Assembly (NCBI GenBank): GCA_021812105.1
Contig: JAKAOQ010000001.1
Span: forward strand, 1-55,994
Source of the DNA: Candidatus Micrarchaeota archaeon
Lineage (GTDB): Archaea; Micrarchaeota; Micrarchaeia; Micrarchaeales; Micrarchaeaceae
Direction: 5' to 3'
DNA length: 55,994 nucleotides
Below are positions 8,901 through 17,516 of the stretch, one piece after another. The position numbers and the translations under genes were made by a program. Position 1 is the stretch's first letter; the number at the start of each line of letters is the position of its first letter. The notes beneath the pieces were generated by a model, which worked only from the letters and a program-made list of their open reading frames with translations, did not search any database and had not been told where the DNA came from.

Positions 8901-9101
8901 GTAGCGCCTGTAACGCAGCATCGCATCCTTTATCGCGTACACCCATATGTGGTGCGCCGCGAGTGCGCCGCTTGCGTACGGCGGGCCCTCGAGAAAGTAG
9001 AACTTCTTGCCTTCCAAATTCTTGGTCCTGACCTTGTCGTATACCTTGTTCCCGTTCCAGTACTGGAATATTTCCTCTTCGTTCTTCAATGGTTCAAACA
9101 T
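5937..9101 (-). CDS. ileS: Isoleucyl-tRNA synthetase
   Basis: Class I aaRS of ~1055 aa. Motifs: PPYASGALAAHH (HIGH region), TTPWTLPAN, CWRC and CDSCG zinc motifs, an editing domain. The track ORF extends to 9140; MFEPLKNEEEIFQYW at 9101 is the more typical N terminus. Confidence 0.93.
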   Translation of the reverse strand: MFEPLKNEEEIFQYWNGNKVYDKVRTKNLEGKKFYFLEGPPYASGALAAHHIWVYAIKDAMLRYRRYRGFNLHDRAGFDVHGLPIEHKVEEKLKLTSKLDIENKVGVEKFIGECNEYAVTNVKNAASIAKRFGISLDFDHAYIPSESGYMNKAWSVFKEMYGKDLVYKAEKPLLYCPHCETAISAQGAEIEYRDESDPSIYIGFEVLNDAKYGYKIDIPDGTMLLVWTTTPWTLPANMAVAVNPRSLYILAQIDGADYILAKERLDVVVGETGKNAVVIKEFYGSELEGVRYASPLEEAVPLQSKFRKYHTVLMDEKNVSMAEGTGLVHVAPGHGPEDYELGRRNRIPAFSPVDALARYTADAGRFVGMRVPDEANKAVLDYLKERKSILFLASIRHSYPHCWRCGSKLIYRTSWQWFVNVQKMKSRLIKANDRVAWHPAEAKEWMADTLRSSPDWCISRQRYWGIPIPIWQCDSCGNVEVFGSGTELAKRSGLGPEPRDLHRQHVDSITFKCNKCGGTMKRVEDIFDVWYDSGIAHTASLSSDELTKLFPADVITESKDQLRGWFSTLLKTSVALYNKAPFREVVIGGMLVDEFGDEMHRHLGNMVSALDLLNVSTADGFRLWVSTHPRWQDLRLKKSELGEADRNIITLYNVGNLVREFATLSESDIKNATKPSKASLEHEDAWILSRLNTVIGEVTEAMEGYSLDVAANALKSFLLEDFSRFYLKFAKQRASMAKRSSVRRIASITAYVLKRLLVLFSVFIPFASEYIYMDTFSNGESIFESDWPRAEKKYVNKGLEEEFEMLKDVSAAILSLRERENVKLKQPLLEARIEVEGASRLETIERLSGLIEDYANVKRITVVESKGGADEIKPLFAKIGPEFKSHAGVVAEELAKSDARELMESIEKNGVYTLETSDGMFEIRPEHFTVLRKHSDEDTARFRHGSVSINAELTKEIKEELLARELTRTIQAIRKENGLTKLDRIDVRMAADQQVKASVEKSLASIKGVTRARKITFVGELNEPNQKELEILGSTIKIAVSKVEGRNRTDDKSQ

Positions 9102-9237
9102 GAAAGCACCGCGCTGTAGGTCTAGGCTCCACACGGCCACGCCTAGTTGGCATTACACAATTCACAATAATCGCAATAAAGTTATAGATTCGCTGCTATA
9201 ACTTTTATTTGTTTCGTTCAGGGGATAGGATGGTGGC

Positions 9238-9795
9238 GTGAGAAGGTACGAGGGGGTTGACACCTACAAGTTTATAGACCCGCTGCTGAACGACGGGGGA
9301 CGCACGCTCTCTTTAATAACGCCGTTCATAAGCACGTACTACAGCAGAAAGCTGCTCGCGGTTGCGGGAAGGAAGAGAGTGAGGCTTATAACTTCAGGCT
9401 CGGACATTAACAAGAAGGCGCTGGGGATGATCCACGCGGGCAGAAGGGGAGTATACCTCAGGGTTTTGCTATACCTGTTTGCACTGAGCGCGTTGCTGTT
9501 CTATTTCAATCTGATACTTTTTGCCGTAGGCGTGTCCGCGGCGTTCGCGGCCGTACTTGCTCTGATGATCCTGACTTTGACGGGACGGAAAGCAGTAGAG
9601 GTCAGGGTGGTAAGGCACCTATTCATACACGAGAAGGCGTACATATCAGAAACCATGGCGATTACAGGAAGCGCGAACCTTACGTACAGCGGGACGCACA
9701 AAAACCTGGAGCATATAGACGTGATAGACGATGCACAAGAGATAAAGAGGCTTTCGGAGCACTTCGAAAAGCTCTGGAGCATGGAAGGGGCGTAG
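9238..9795 (+). CDS. Single-HKD phospholipase-D/Nuc-like protein with an internal two-helix transmembrane insertion
   Basis: 185 aa. HEKAYISETMAITGSANLTYSGTHKNLEH matches the HxK(x4)[D/E](x6)GSxN PLD motif, with H131 at nt 9628-9630. Residues ~72-116 (VYLRVLLYLFALSALLFYFNLILFAVGVSAAFAAVLALMILTL) are strongly hydrophobic. GTG start, with CTTTTATTTG ~26 nt upstream. Confidence 0.6.
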   Translation: MRRYEGVDTYKFIDPLLNDGGRTLSLITPFISTYYSRKLLAVAGRKRVRLITSGSDINKKALGMIHAGRRGVYLRVLLYLFALSALLFYFNLILFAVGVSAAFAAVLALMILTLTGRKAVEVRVVRHLFIHEKAYISETMAITGSANLTYSGTHKNLEHIDVIDDAQEIKRLSEHFEKLWSMEGA

Positions 9796-9858
9796 CGTGG
9801 CGTCGCACGAAAGCACGAAAACGCTACCTTTAAATACCGACTATCGATTTTTTCCAAA

Positions 9859-10254
9859 ATGGTGTTAGAAAGTTCCACAAAAGCTTTAAATATACAGAGA
9901 TGCAAGAAATCTAGTGAAACAAAAAGATGTGGAGGGATAGAGAGAGGGTTTGATAGAGTGGGGAGGATGACCAAGACTATTGTGGGTGAGAGGATGGAAT
10001 CTAAGAGGAGTAGAGGGGAAATGAGCCGAGAGGCTATAAAGGGAAAAGTGATAGAGCTCCTCAAGGACAATGACTTCACTGAGATCTTCGAGTCTGAAGA
10101 CTTGGAGGTGGATGGCTCAGCCGGAGCGGCCTTGAAGGCGGTAATTAGCGAGAAGGCCGCGGAATACGCAGATAGAGCGATGAGAATAGCGAAGAAGCGA
10201 GGGATAAAATTCGGAGCGGCTGCGGTTGTAATAGCCACCAGGAGGGAGAAGTAG
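9859..10254 (+). CDS. Hypothetical protein; true start probably internal (MTKTIVGE.. or MSREAIKG..)
   Basis: Purine-rich ORF with balanced amino-acid composition: ..AIKGKVIELLKDNDFTEIFESEDLEVDGSAGAALKAVISEKAAEYADRAMRIAKKRGIKFGAAAVVIATRREK. The long antisense ORF 9501-10457 looks like its shadow. Confidence 0.45.
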   Translation: MVLESSTKALNIQRCKKSSETKRCGGIERGFDRVGRMTKTIVGERMESKRSRGEMSREAIKGKVIELLKDNDFTEIFESEDLEVDGSAGAALKAVISEKAAEYADRAMRIAKKRGIKFGAAAVVIATRREK

Positions 10255-10377
10255 TAATTACAGTCCATGAGGTAAGCGGAGGGCCGAACACGGCATATTT
10301 CGTTTTTTGGCCGCTTACCCCTTACTAATTTTATCTGCTTTTGTGCAAAAGCGCGTACTGCGCTTGACATTGATAAG

Positions 10378-10386
10378 TTTTTATTT
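10378..10386 (+). promoter_or_regulatory. TATA-like box for tRNA-Gly
   Basis: TTTTTATTT lies ~32-40 nt upstream of the tRNA 5' end. Confidence 0.4.
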
Positions 10387-10417
10387 GTTCTTGAGCAAAT
10401 CCTATTGCATACTCGAT

Positions 10418-10491
10418 GCGACCGTAGTCTAACCTGGTTAGGACTTCGCCCTTCCAAGGCGAAAACCCGGGTTCAAATCCCGGCAGTCGCA
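10418..10491 (+). tRNA. tRNA-Gly, anticodon TCC, no intron
   Basis: Folds as GCGACCG TA GTCT AACCTGGTTA GGAC T TCGCC CTTCCAA GGCGA AAAC CCGGG TTCAAAT CCCGG CAGTCGC A, with one C:A mismatch at 6:67. Confidence 0.85.
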
Positions 10492-10570
10492 CTTACGCTT
10501 AGAACTTCATTATCCTTTCCATTTTATAGGATTAGGTTGATCCGCCTTGTAGTCGTATTATCATTCAATT

Positions 10571-11347
10571 TTACACGTGTCTAAGCAGGAGTCCCACGTC
10601 TTTCTCGTCGCTTTGAGTATGAGATATGCCATGATCGGTTATTATGTATTGGAACTGTGAAGCGTGAGAACCATCCATATGCCTCACGGTTGCGTGCCTT
10701 ATTCCGGTTTTATCCGGTAGGCCAAGCTCTATAAGACCCGAGACGCTTACATATTCCAGCTTCCCTGCCTCTGCTGTAGCAAATATTATTCTTTTCGGAT
10801 CCTTGACCCCCCTGTCTCCTATGCTGTTGAGCAGCATCGTCCCTGATTCGTAGTCGTCGCGTACGAAGAAAGCGGTTGCCCTGTCTATCACCAGTACGCT
10901 CACGTTTGAGTTGATAAGTATGTCGTTTATCTCGCTGGACAGCTTCTTAACGTAGGCTAGCACGTTATGAGGATCCGACTCCGCTGCACTCTTCAGCGCG
11001 TACAACCGTTCTGAAGCCTGAATGACCTCTATCATACCCTTTTTGTAATACTCCTCGAATATGCTCTTTGATGCTTTTCTATACTCCTCAAACCCAAAAT
11101 CGAGCTTCCCGACGTTGGAAAGGTACTCGTCCTTGCTCTCGCTAGTAAGTATTATCGCCCCCTTGTCGCCGTGTCTTGCCGCGTTGACGAGAAGTTGTGT
11201 GCACATGATAGTAGCACCGGCACCGGTCTCGCCCGAAAATCCATAAACCCTACCGTACCTGAAACCCCCGACTGCATCATCTATTTCTCTTATGCCGGTT
11301 CCCCACATCGTGCGTTTTGGTACCGGTACAGACACCGTAGAGCCCAT
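10571..11347 (-). CDS. KaiC/RadB-like RecA-superfamily ATPase-fold protein with a degenerate Walker A (Lys to Ala)
   Basis: GIREIDDAVGGFRYGRVYGFSGETGAGATIM matches the KaiC-family N terminus (GI..LD..lGGG...G....i.G..G.GKT) but reads G-A-G-A-T. The Ala45 codon is at 11213-11215. The Walker B-like VLVID is present. Confidence 0.65.
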   Translation of the reverse strand: MGSTVSVPVPKRTMWGTGIREIDDAVGGFRYGRVYGFSGETGAGATIMCTQLLVNAARHGDKGAIILTSESKDEYLSNVGKLDFGFEEYRKASKSIFEEYYKKGMIEVIQASERLYALKSAAESDPHNVLAYVKKLSSEINDILINSNVSVLVIDRATAFFVRDDYESGTMLLNSIGDRGVKDPKRIIFATAEAGKLEYVSVSGLIELGLPDKTGIRHATVRHMDGSHASQFQYIITDHGISHTQSDEKDVGLLLRHV

Positions 11348-11465
11348 AAATTCATCTCGAAGAATTTGCTATTGTAGCACTGTAGTTAATAATGTAGATA
11401 ATGCTGTTAGGAGATATTTATACTTATCGTGTTCATCTCCGTCGAAAGGCAGCCGTTAAAAGAAG

Positions 11466-11681
11466 TTATTTCTTGTTTGGAGCTACGAGGGGTTTCTGCT
11501 TTCTCTTGTACCTCTTCCTCTTGTTCATGTCGCCCCAGCAGTCCTTGCAGATTATCAGGCGCACGGTCTTGGTAACGGTCTGCGAGCTCTTCACGCAACT
11601 GTTGCATATCTTCCTCCCGCAGTAGTCGCAGACGTCGAACCTGTAGATCTCTCTTTTGCATCTTTCGCATGTGTATGTCAA
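11466..11681 (-). CDS. Small zinc-ribbon protein (four CxxC pairs) with a basic C-terminal tail
   Basis: 71 aa with CERC..CDYC..CNSC..CKDC and a KRKRYKRKQK tail. Preferred over the same-strand 11407-11775 frame, which has no motifs and would overlap the gatD start. Confidence 0.6.
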   Translation of the reverse strand: MTYTCERCKREIYRFDVCDYCGRKICNSCVKSSQTVTKTVRLIICKDCWGDMNKRKRYKRKQKPLVAPNKK

Positions 11682-11789
11682 GGCAACACCTAAAAGCCCG
11701 TTGGGTAAGTCGCTTCAAAAAGATTAAATTACTTACTTGAAGCATATTTATATAAGTTGTGTTTCCCCTTATCACTCTTTGCCGGTGCG

Positions 11790-13121
11790 ATGATGTATTC
11801 GAAAAGGATAAACGATTTTCTAAAGTCTGCAGGGATAGGAATAGGCGACATCGTGCGGATCGTCTCCAAGGAACACACCTATGAAGGAGAGCTTATGCCG
11901 CGCAGCGAGGCAGGAGACGACAACGTGGTAGTAATAAAGCTGCCCAACGGATACAACGTAGGGATCTCTTTCGAAGGAGCGAGGATGGAAAAGATAGGGA
12001 GTGGGGAGCGCGTACATTCTTTTCCAAAGCTAGAGCTCAAACGCGGCGGATCGCTACCAAGAGTATCGCTCCTGTACACCGGGGGGACCATAGGCAGCAA
12101 GCTCGACTACAAAACCGGTGGGGTGTACATGCTGCTTAAACCGGAAGAACTGTTCTACGAGGTGCCAGAGATATCGAGCATAGCCGACGTGGAGCCGATC
12201 AACCTGATGAGCATAGCGAGCGAGGACATGTCGCCCGCAGAGTGGCGCGTCATCGCGAATGCGGCAGAAAAGGCTTTCGAAGATGGAGCAAGAGGTGTTG
12301 TGATAACCCACGGCACAGACACCATGCACTATACATCAGCAGCCCTCAGCTTCATGCTAAAAGACTTCAGGGCTCCGGTAGTGCTCACAGGTGCGCAGAG
12401 AAGCAGCGACAGGGGATCCAGCGATGCGTTCACGAACCTGATAGCGTCTACCATGATGGCAGCGAAGTCTGACATCGGAGAGGTCGGAATCTGCATGCAC
12501 AACTCCCCGTCAGATGATCTTTTCTCTTTCATCCGTGGTACCAGAGCCAGGAAGATGCACACCTCGAGGCGTGATGCGTTCAGGTCAATAAACAACAGCG
12601 CTATAGCCTACGCGAAGCTTGACGGCAGAATAGAGTATAAATCTGAACACAAAAGAGCCGGAAGATCGGACGGCGCTAAGGCCATAACTGGATTCGAGAC
12701 CAAGGTAGCAATCGTGAAGGCGTATCCGGGCTCTGCACCAGACATAATAGAGTACTACAAGGACAAGAAGTACAAGGGCCTGATAATAGAAGGAACTGGT
12801 CTGGGACACACCCCCGTATCGACAACCCATCGCGGCATGTCGTGGCTGCCAAACATAAAGGACGCTGTTGAATCCGGAATCGTGGTGGGCATGACCTCGC
12901 AATGCCTGTATGGACGCGTCAACCCTAACGTCTACAGGAACCTCAGAATGCTAAGCGGGGCAGGAGTGATATACTGCGAGGATATGCTTCCTGAGACCGC
13001 ATACGTTAAGCTGGGCTGGCTCCTTGGAAACTACAAAAGAGAGGAAGCGTCGACACTGCTCAACAGGAACCTCGTGGGCGAGATAAAGGAGAGGAGTATG
13101 GTGGACGAATTCCTGGTGTGA
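11790..13121 (+). CDS. gatD: Glu-tRNA(Gln) amidotransferase subunit D
   Basis: Asparaginase-like motifs LYTGGTIGS and HGTDTM. It directly precedes and overlaps gatE. The track ORF starts at 11757; ATG 11790 (MMYSKRINDFL) lies ~35-45 nt downstream of ATATTTATATAAG. Confidence 0.9.
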   Translation: MMYSKRINDFLKSAGIGIGDIVRIVSKEHTYEGELMPRSEAGDDNVVVIKLPNGYNVGISFEGARMEKIGSGERVHSFPKLELKRGGSLPRVSLLYTGGTIGSKLDYKTGGVYMLLKPEELFYEVPEISSIADVEPINLMSIASEDMSPAEWRVIANAAEKAFEDGARGVVITHGTDTMHYTSAALSFMLKDFRAPVVLTGAQRSSDRGSSDAFTNLIASTMMAAKSDIGEVGICMHNSPSDDLFSFIRGTRARKMHTSRRDAFRSINNSAIAYAKLDGRIEYKSEHKRAGRSDGAKAITGFETKVAIVKAYPGSAPDIIEYYKDKKYKGLIIEGTGLGHTPVSTTHRGMSWLPNIKDAVESGIVVGMTSQCLYGRVNPNVYRNLRMLSGAGVIYCEDMLPETAYVKLGWLLGNYKREEASTLLNRNLVGEIKERSMVDEFLV

Positions 13122-14980
13122 TTATGGTACCAAGACAAAAGATTGACTACAAGAGCCTCGGATTCGCTTGCGGCCTTGAGGTGCATCAGAGGCTTGCGAC
13201 CAGCAAGAAACTTTTCTGCGGCTGCGATGCCGGGCTATCGGCCTCTCCTGTCGTTTCAGGTAGCATAATCAGGAGCCAGAGGGCCGTAGCTGGGGAGCTT
13301 GGGAAGGTAGACTTCGCAGCAAAATTTGAAGAGGAAAAAAAGAGGATCTTCAGGTACAATATATTCGACTACAATACGTGCTTGGTTGAGCTAGACGAGG
13401 AGCCGCCCCACGACCTTAACAGGGAGGCTTTGCAGGTGGCGCTCTCCATATCGCAGGCCCTGAACCTCAATATAGTCGATGAAATACAGCCGATGAGAAA
13501 GGAGGTTGTGGACGGAAGCAATCCGAGCGCTTTCCAAAGGACGATAATGCTTGGCAGCAACGGCTCCGTGAAGCTTGATGGAAGGAGCGTACCAATAACC
13601 ATGATATCGCTCGAGGAGGAGTCCGCGGGCATAGAGGAGCGGAAAGCCGGCGAGACGACATACGACACAGACAGGATAGGCATACCGCTGGTCGAGATAG
13701 ACACAGATCCTAGCATAGCTTCTCCTGAAGAGGCGAGGGACGTGGCGCTGAGGATAGGCACGCTGCTTAGGCTTACCGGGAGGGTGCAGAGGGGGATAGG
13801 CACAATAAGGCAGGACGTGAACGTTTCGATAAAGAGCGGCGCAAGAGTCGAGATAAAGGGAGTACAGGAGCTGGATGTGATAGACAGGCTTGTTGAAAAC
13901 GAGGTGCTGAGGCAGGTTGCGCTTATAGAGATTAGGGACAGGCTGCTCGCCAGGAAAGCCGAGGTTGGTAGAACGATCAATGTTACATCGCATTTCAAGG
14001 ACACGGGTGTCAGGATACTCAGGAATCATCTTGACAATGGCAGCGTCGTGCTCGCGTTTGCGCTCAAGGGTTTTAAGGGGCTGGTCGGAACGGAGATCGG
14101 TCCGAACAGGAGGCTGGGCAGCGAAATCAGCGACTACGCGAAGGGAGCCGGAGTCAACGGCATAATACACAGCGATGAGAACCTTTCAGTTTACGGATTT
14201 ACGGAACGTGAGATAGAAGAGCTCAAAAAGATTCTTGGTGTGGCGGAGAATGATGCGTTTGTAATGATAGCCGGCGGGCTGGACAACGCCTGGAAAGCTT
14301 CCGAACTCGCCACCGACAGGGCGAAGTACGCGATGGTTGGGGTTCCGGCAGAGACGAGGGCGGTCCTAAACGCCAACGATGGCACTACTAGGTTTATGAG
14401 GCCGCTGCCGGGCGGATCAAGAATGTATCCCGAGACAGACCTGAAGCCGGTCAGGATAACCAGTGAGATGATCTCTCTGGCGAAAAGGAACGCGCCAGAT
14501 ATAGACAGGGAACGTTCGATACTGGAAAAGCAGGCTGGACAGAGGAACGCAGAGGAGCTCATTCTATCGCCAAGATTGTCGCTCTACAGATTCCTGGTAA
14601 ACACTCTTGAAGGCAACGGCGAGCTAGTGGCGAACATACTTCTGCAGAAGTTCACCGAGCTCAAACGATCAGGATTCGAAGTGGATTCCATACCGGAAAG
14701 CAAACTGCTTGAGATGTTTAAGAAGTACTCATCCGGAGAGATAACGAAGCAAGCAATCGAGGAGGTGCTCAAGGCGCTTACAGCAGGACTGGGAGTCGAA
14801 GAAGCGATAAGGAAGAACAAGCTCGAAAGGATAAAGGGTGAGAATCTCAGTAAGCTCGTCGATTCGGAAAGGAAGTCGTACAAATCAAAGGACGAGCTGA
14901 TAAGAGCAATAATGTCAAAGTACAGGCTAAATATAGACGGTGGAGAGCTAAATTCTATGCTCGCCACGAAGCACGGTTAG
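13118..14980 (+). CDS. gatE: Glu-tRNA(Gln) amidotransferase subunit E
   Basis: 620 aa and GatB/E-like: GLEVHQRL, CGC, NPSAFQRT, IRQDVNVS, ETR, RPLPG..RMYPETD. Overlaps the gatD stop; alternative ATG at 13124. Confidence 0.92.
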   Translation: MIMVPRQKIDYKSLGFACGLEVHQRLATSKKLFCGCDAGLSASPVVSGSIIRSQRAVAGELGKVDFAAKFEEEKKRIFRYNIFDYNTCLVELDEEPPHDLNREALQVALSISQALNLNIVDEIQPMRKEVVDGSNPSAFQRTIMLGSNGSVKLDGRSVPITMISLEEESAGIEERKAGETTYDTDRIGIPLVEIDTDPSIASPEEARDVALRIGTLLRLTGRVQRGIGTIRQDVNVSIKSGARVEIKGVQELDVIDRLVENEVLRQVALIEIRDRLLARKAEVGRTINVTSHFKDTGVRILRNHLDNGSVVLAFALKGFKGLVGTEIGPNRRLGSEISDYAKGAGVNGIIHSDENLSVYGFTEREIEELKKILGVAENDAFVMIAGGLDNAWKASELATDRAKYAMVGVPAETRAVLNANDGTTRFMRPLPGGSRMYPETDLKPVRITSEMISLAKRNAPDIDRERSILEKQAGQRNAEELILSPRLSLYRFLVNTLEGNGELVANILLQKFTELKRSGFEVDSIPESKLLEMFKKYSSGEITKQAIEEVLKALTAGLGVEEAIRKNKLERIKGENLSKLVDSERKSYKSKDELIRAIMSKYRLNIDGGELNSMLATKHG

Positions 14981-16068
14981 AAGAAAGTTCCGTTTTTCCT
15001 GCCGATCAAAACGTCATCTTCTATTCTTACTCCTCCGAAACCGGGCACGTATACTCCGGGTTCGTCGCTGAACACCATGCCGGTCTTTAGGACCACTTTT
15101 GATGCGTTGCCCATCCTGAGCCCGTCGTGGACATCGATGCCTATTGAATGGCCAAGCGAATGTATGAAGCGGCCCTTGTATCTGCCATTGGCGAATTTGT
15201 TGATGTAGTCCTCTGCGAAAGCGTGTATCTCTGCGGCCTTCGCACCGTCTGCCATAAGTTTCACACTTTCGTCGTGCGCTGTCCTCACTACTTCTACCAT
15301 TTCCTCCATCCTCCTGTACTTTCCGCCTCTCGTATCGGGCCTGAATACCACAGTCCTCGTCATATCAGCGCAGTAGTTCATGTATTTCGCCCCGGCGTCT
15401 ATCAGCACGAATTCGTTCGCCTTAAGTCTTGTGCCGTCAGGTGAATGGTGCGGCAGCGCAGCATTCTTACCGAAAGCCACTATAGTTTTGAATGCGAGGT
15501 CGCTCGCGCCGCGCTCGCTCATTAGCATATTGAATTTTCCCGCTATGTAGGTTTCCGTAACTCCCGCTTCCAGATACGCACCTATGCCCTCGAACGCTTT
15601 CTTAGTCATCCCCACGGCTTTTTTCATAAGGCGTATCTCTTCATTGTCCTTTATTGACCGTGCGTTTAGAAGGGCATTGCTTGCGTCCTTTATTTTCTTC
15701 GCTTTCATGGCCTTCTTGAGATTAAGATAATTGGCGTATGGAAGGAATGATGCGTTTATCCCCACGGTCTTTCCGCGAAGCAGCTTCTCTAGGATTGTTG
15801 GGATACGTTCTCCGTAATACTGCGAAGTCGCCTGTGTTACCTCCATTATGCTCTCCTTCTCGCGCATCGCATCACCATACTCGAGCGGTGAAGTTAGAAG
15901 GCGCACCTTGTCCGGAAACGCAACCAGTATCGAATCTTCGAACATGCCACTCGTGAGATTTGAGATGTAGCGGAAGTTGCTGTCGGCTTCTCCCGTGTTC
16001 ATTAGGAGCAGTGCTTCAAAGTCGGCATTTTTGAATATTTTGTCCAGCCTTTTTTTTATTGTGCCCAT
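14977..16068 (-). CDS. Xaa-Pro aminopeptidase/dipeptidase, M24B family
   Basis: Metal ligands and motifs: LIDAGAKY..YCADMTRT, HSLGHSIGIDVHD, VFSDEPGVY, VRIEDDV. ATG 16068 is preferred over the GTG at 16086, which abuts a TTTAACTTTTT box. Confidence 0.85.
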   Translation of the reverse strand: MGTIKKRLDKIFKNADFEALLLMNTGEADSNFRYISNLTSGMFEDSILVAFPDKVRLLTSPLEYGDAMREKESIMEVTQATSQYYGERIPTILEKLLRGKTVGINASFLPYANYLNLKKAMKAKKIKDASNALLNARSIKDNEEIRLMKKAVGMTKKAFEGIGAYLEAGVTETYIAGKFNMLMSERGASDLAFKTIVAFGKNAALPHHSPDGTRLKANEFVLIDAGAKYMNYCADMTRTVVFRPDTRGGKYRRMEEMVEVVRTAHDESVKLMADGAKAAEIHAFAEDYINKFANGRYKGRFIHSLGHSIGIDVHDGLRMGNASKVVLKTGMVFSDEPGVYVPGFGGVRIEDDVLIGRKNGTFF

Positions 16069-16148
16069 GGTAGTAGTTCTACGCACAAAAAGTTAAATGT
16101 ATCTGCGTCTTGGCGTCTTCTCAGTCGCCTACACGCACAAAACATTAA

Positions 16149-16161
16149 CCTATAAAAATAG
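16149..16161 (+). promoter_or_regulatory. TATA box for the NreA-like gene
   Basis: CCTATAAAAATAG lies ~25 nt upstream of ATG 16184, consistent with a leaderless or short-leader mRNA. Confidence 0.4.
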
Positions 16162-16183
16162 AAGCGAACAAATTACTGTGGAG

Positions 16184-17434
16184 ATGATGGACAAGGTAGC
16201 AAGAGTAGTATACGACGCCGGAAAGAGCAACGATGCAGAGATAAAAGTGAAAAGGAGCGAAATAGTATACAAGCACATGCGTGATCCCGCGCTACTGAAG
16301 TACTACTACAGGATGAAGACGATTTCAAACATAGAGAGGGACGAGATGGTGGGCTCTTCACCTACCGACCTTTTTGTGGGCAGATTCGGATATCCGAAGG
16401 TGTTCATAGGACCGCTATTGCCCCCAGAGTTCGGAGACACTTCGCTGCTCAGCACGCCCGAAAGGTGGAAGTACCTGAGCATAAACCAGATAATAGAGAT
16501 GAGATCTAAGCTTGTCAGGGGGATGCACACAACAAACATTCATGATGTAGAGAAGGGAAGGCTCGAGGAGCAGGTACGCGACCTCGCACTCGCGGAGAAC
16601 CCCGCTGAGGCTGAGGTGAAATTCGAGAAGAAACCGTTTGTAAAACTGTCGCTCGATGACCACGCCGAGCCTTTTGGTCCTAGCGCTGTGATGAAAAGCA
16701 TGGACGTGTACAACGTAAAGGCGGAGAGGAAGATAGAGAAACTGTACTTTGATGATGATGCTAAGGCGTCAACCGCGCTGATAGAGCTATACGACAGAAA
16801 TATACCAGTATCTAAACTGCAGAGGGCCCTTTCAGCAGGTCTTTTCGGGTTAAAGAACAGCAGGAGATTCGTACCCACAAGGTGGAGCATAACCGCTGTG
16901 GACGACACACTCTCCAAGAACAATCTTGTAAATGTAAAGGAATACGAACCGCTTGACGCAATAAGGGTGTACTACAACAACGCCCTGGACAATCGCTGGC
17001 TTATATTCTTTATTCCGGGCAATTGGCAGTACGAGTCTATAGAGGTATGGTACCCTCATACTATATGGAACGATGGAAACGAGGTAACGATCTACTCTTC
17101 GCACGAGGGTTACGGAGGTAGGAAGACCTACGCCGAGATAGGCGGCTGCTACTATGCGGCCAGGCTCGCCGTTTCCGAGAAACTGAAGGAGATGCAGAAG
17201 CAGGCCGTTGTTCTCATACTTAGAGAGACGCACGCGGGTTACACCCTGCCTGTAGGGGTTTGGAACGTCAGGGAACACGTGAGGCAGACACTCCAGACAG
17301 AACCCGATATACTCTACAATAGAAGCCAGGTATTTGACTATATATCGAAAAGGCTGGCGATTCCGCCCAAGGAATGGATAAATAACAGTTATATACTAAG
17401 AGATATGCTCATGCAGAGAAGGCTCTTCGCTTGA
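16184..17434 (+). CDS. nreA: Archaeal Nre family (NreA-like DNA repair) protein
   Basis: The segment SSPTDLFVGRFGYPKVFIGPLLPP and the ~415-aa size match my recollection of the Nre_N (DUF650)/Nre_C family. The C terminus LMQRRLFA is only partially PIP-like. Confidence 0.55.
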   Translation: MMDKVARVVYDAGKSNDAEIKVKRSEIVYKHMRDPALLKYYYRMKTISNIERDEMVGSSPTDLFVGRFGYPKVFIGPLLPPEFGDTSLLSTPERWKYLSINQIIEMRSKLVRGMHTTNIHDVEKGRLEEQVRDLALAENPAEAEVKFEKKPFVKLSLDDHAEPFGPSAVMKSMDVYNVKAERKIEKLYFDDDAKASTALIELYDRNIPVSKLQRALSAGLFGLKNSRRFVPTRWSITAVDDTLSKNNLVNVKEYEPLDAIRVYYNNALDNRWLIFFIPGNWQYESIEVWYPHTIWNDGNEVTIYSSHEGYGGRKTYAEIGGCYYAARLAVSEKLKEMQKQAVVLILRETHAGYTLPVGVWNVREHVRQTLQTEPDILYNRSQVFDYISKRLAIPPKEWINNSYILRDMLMQRRLFA

Positions 17435-17516
17435 CGTGCCAAGACGTGCCCGTGATAAGTATATATTGTTTACCACTCTATATAGGATAGTTTTCCGGGC
17501 CAGCAAGGCGTGTGGT

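Noticed and set aside
9501-10457. 318-aa minus-strand ORF spanning the PLD gene 3' end, the 131-aa ORF and part of tRNA-Gly
   Set aside because: It has low-complexity S/L/I/A-rich composition typical of the antisense shadow of purine-rich coding sequence. It overlaps a confident tRNA gene and the motif-bearing PLD C terminus.
11407-11775. 122-aa minus-strand ORF competing with the 71-aa zinc-ribbon ORF
   Set aside because: It has no motifs and would run into the gatD promoter and start region. The 71-aa frame has four regularly spaced CxxC pairs.
13369-14170. Two long minus-strand ORFs (211 and 259 aa) inside gatE
   Set aside because: They are antisense to a strongly supported conserved gene, have no motifs, and have skewed S/L or R/Y/P composition.
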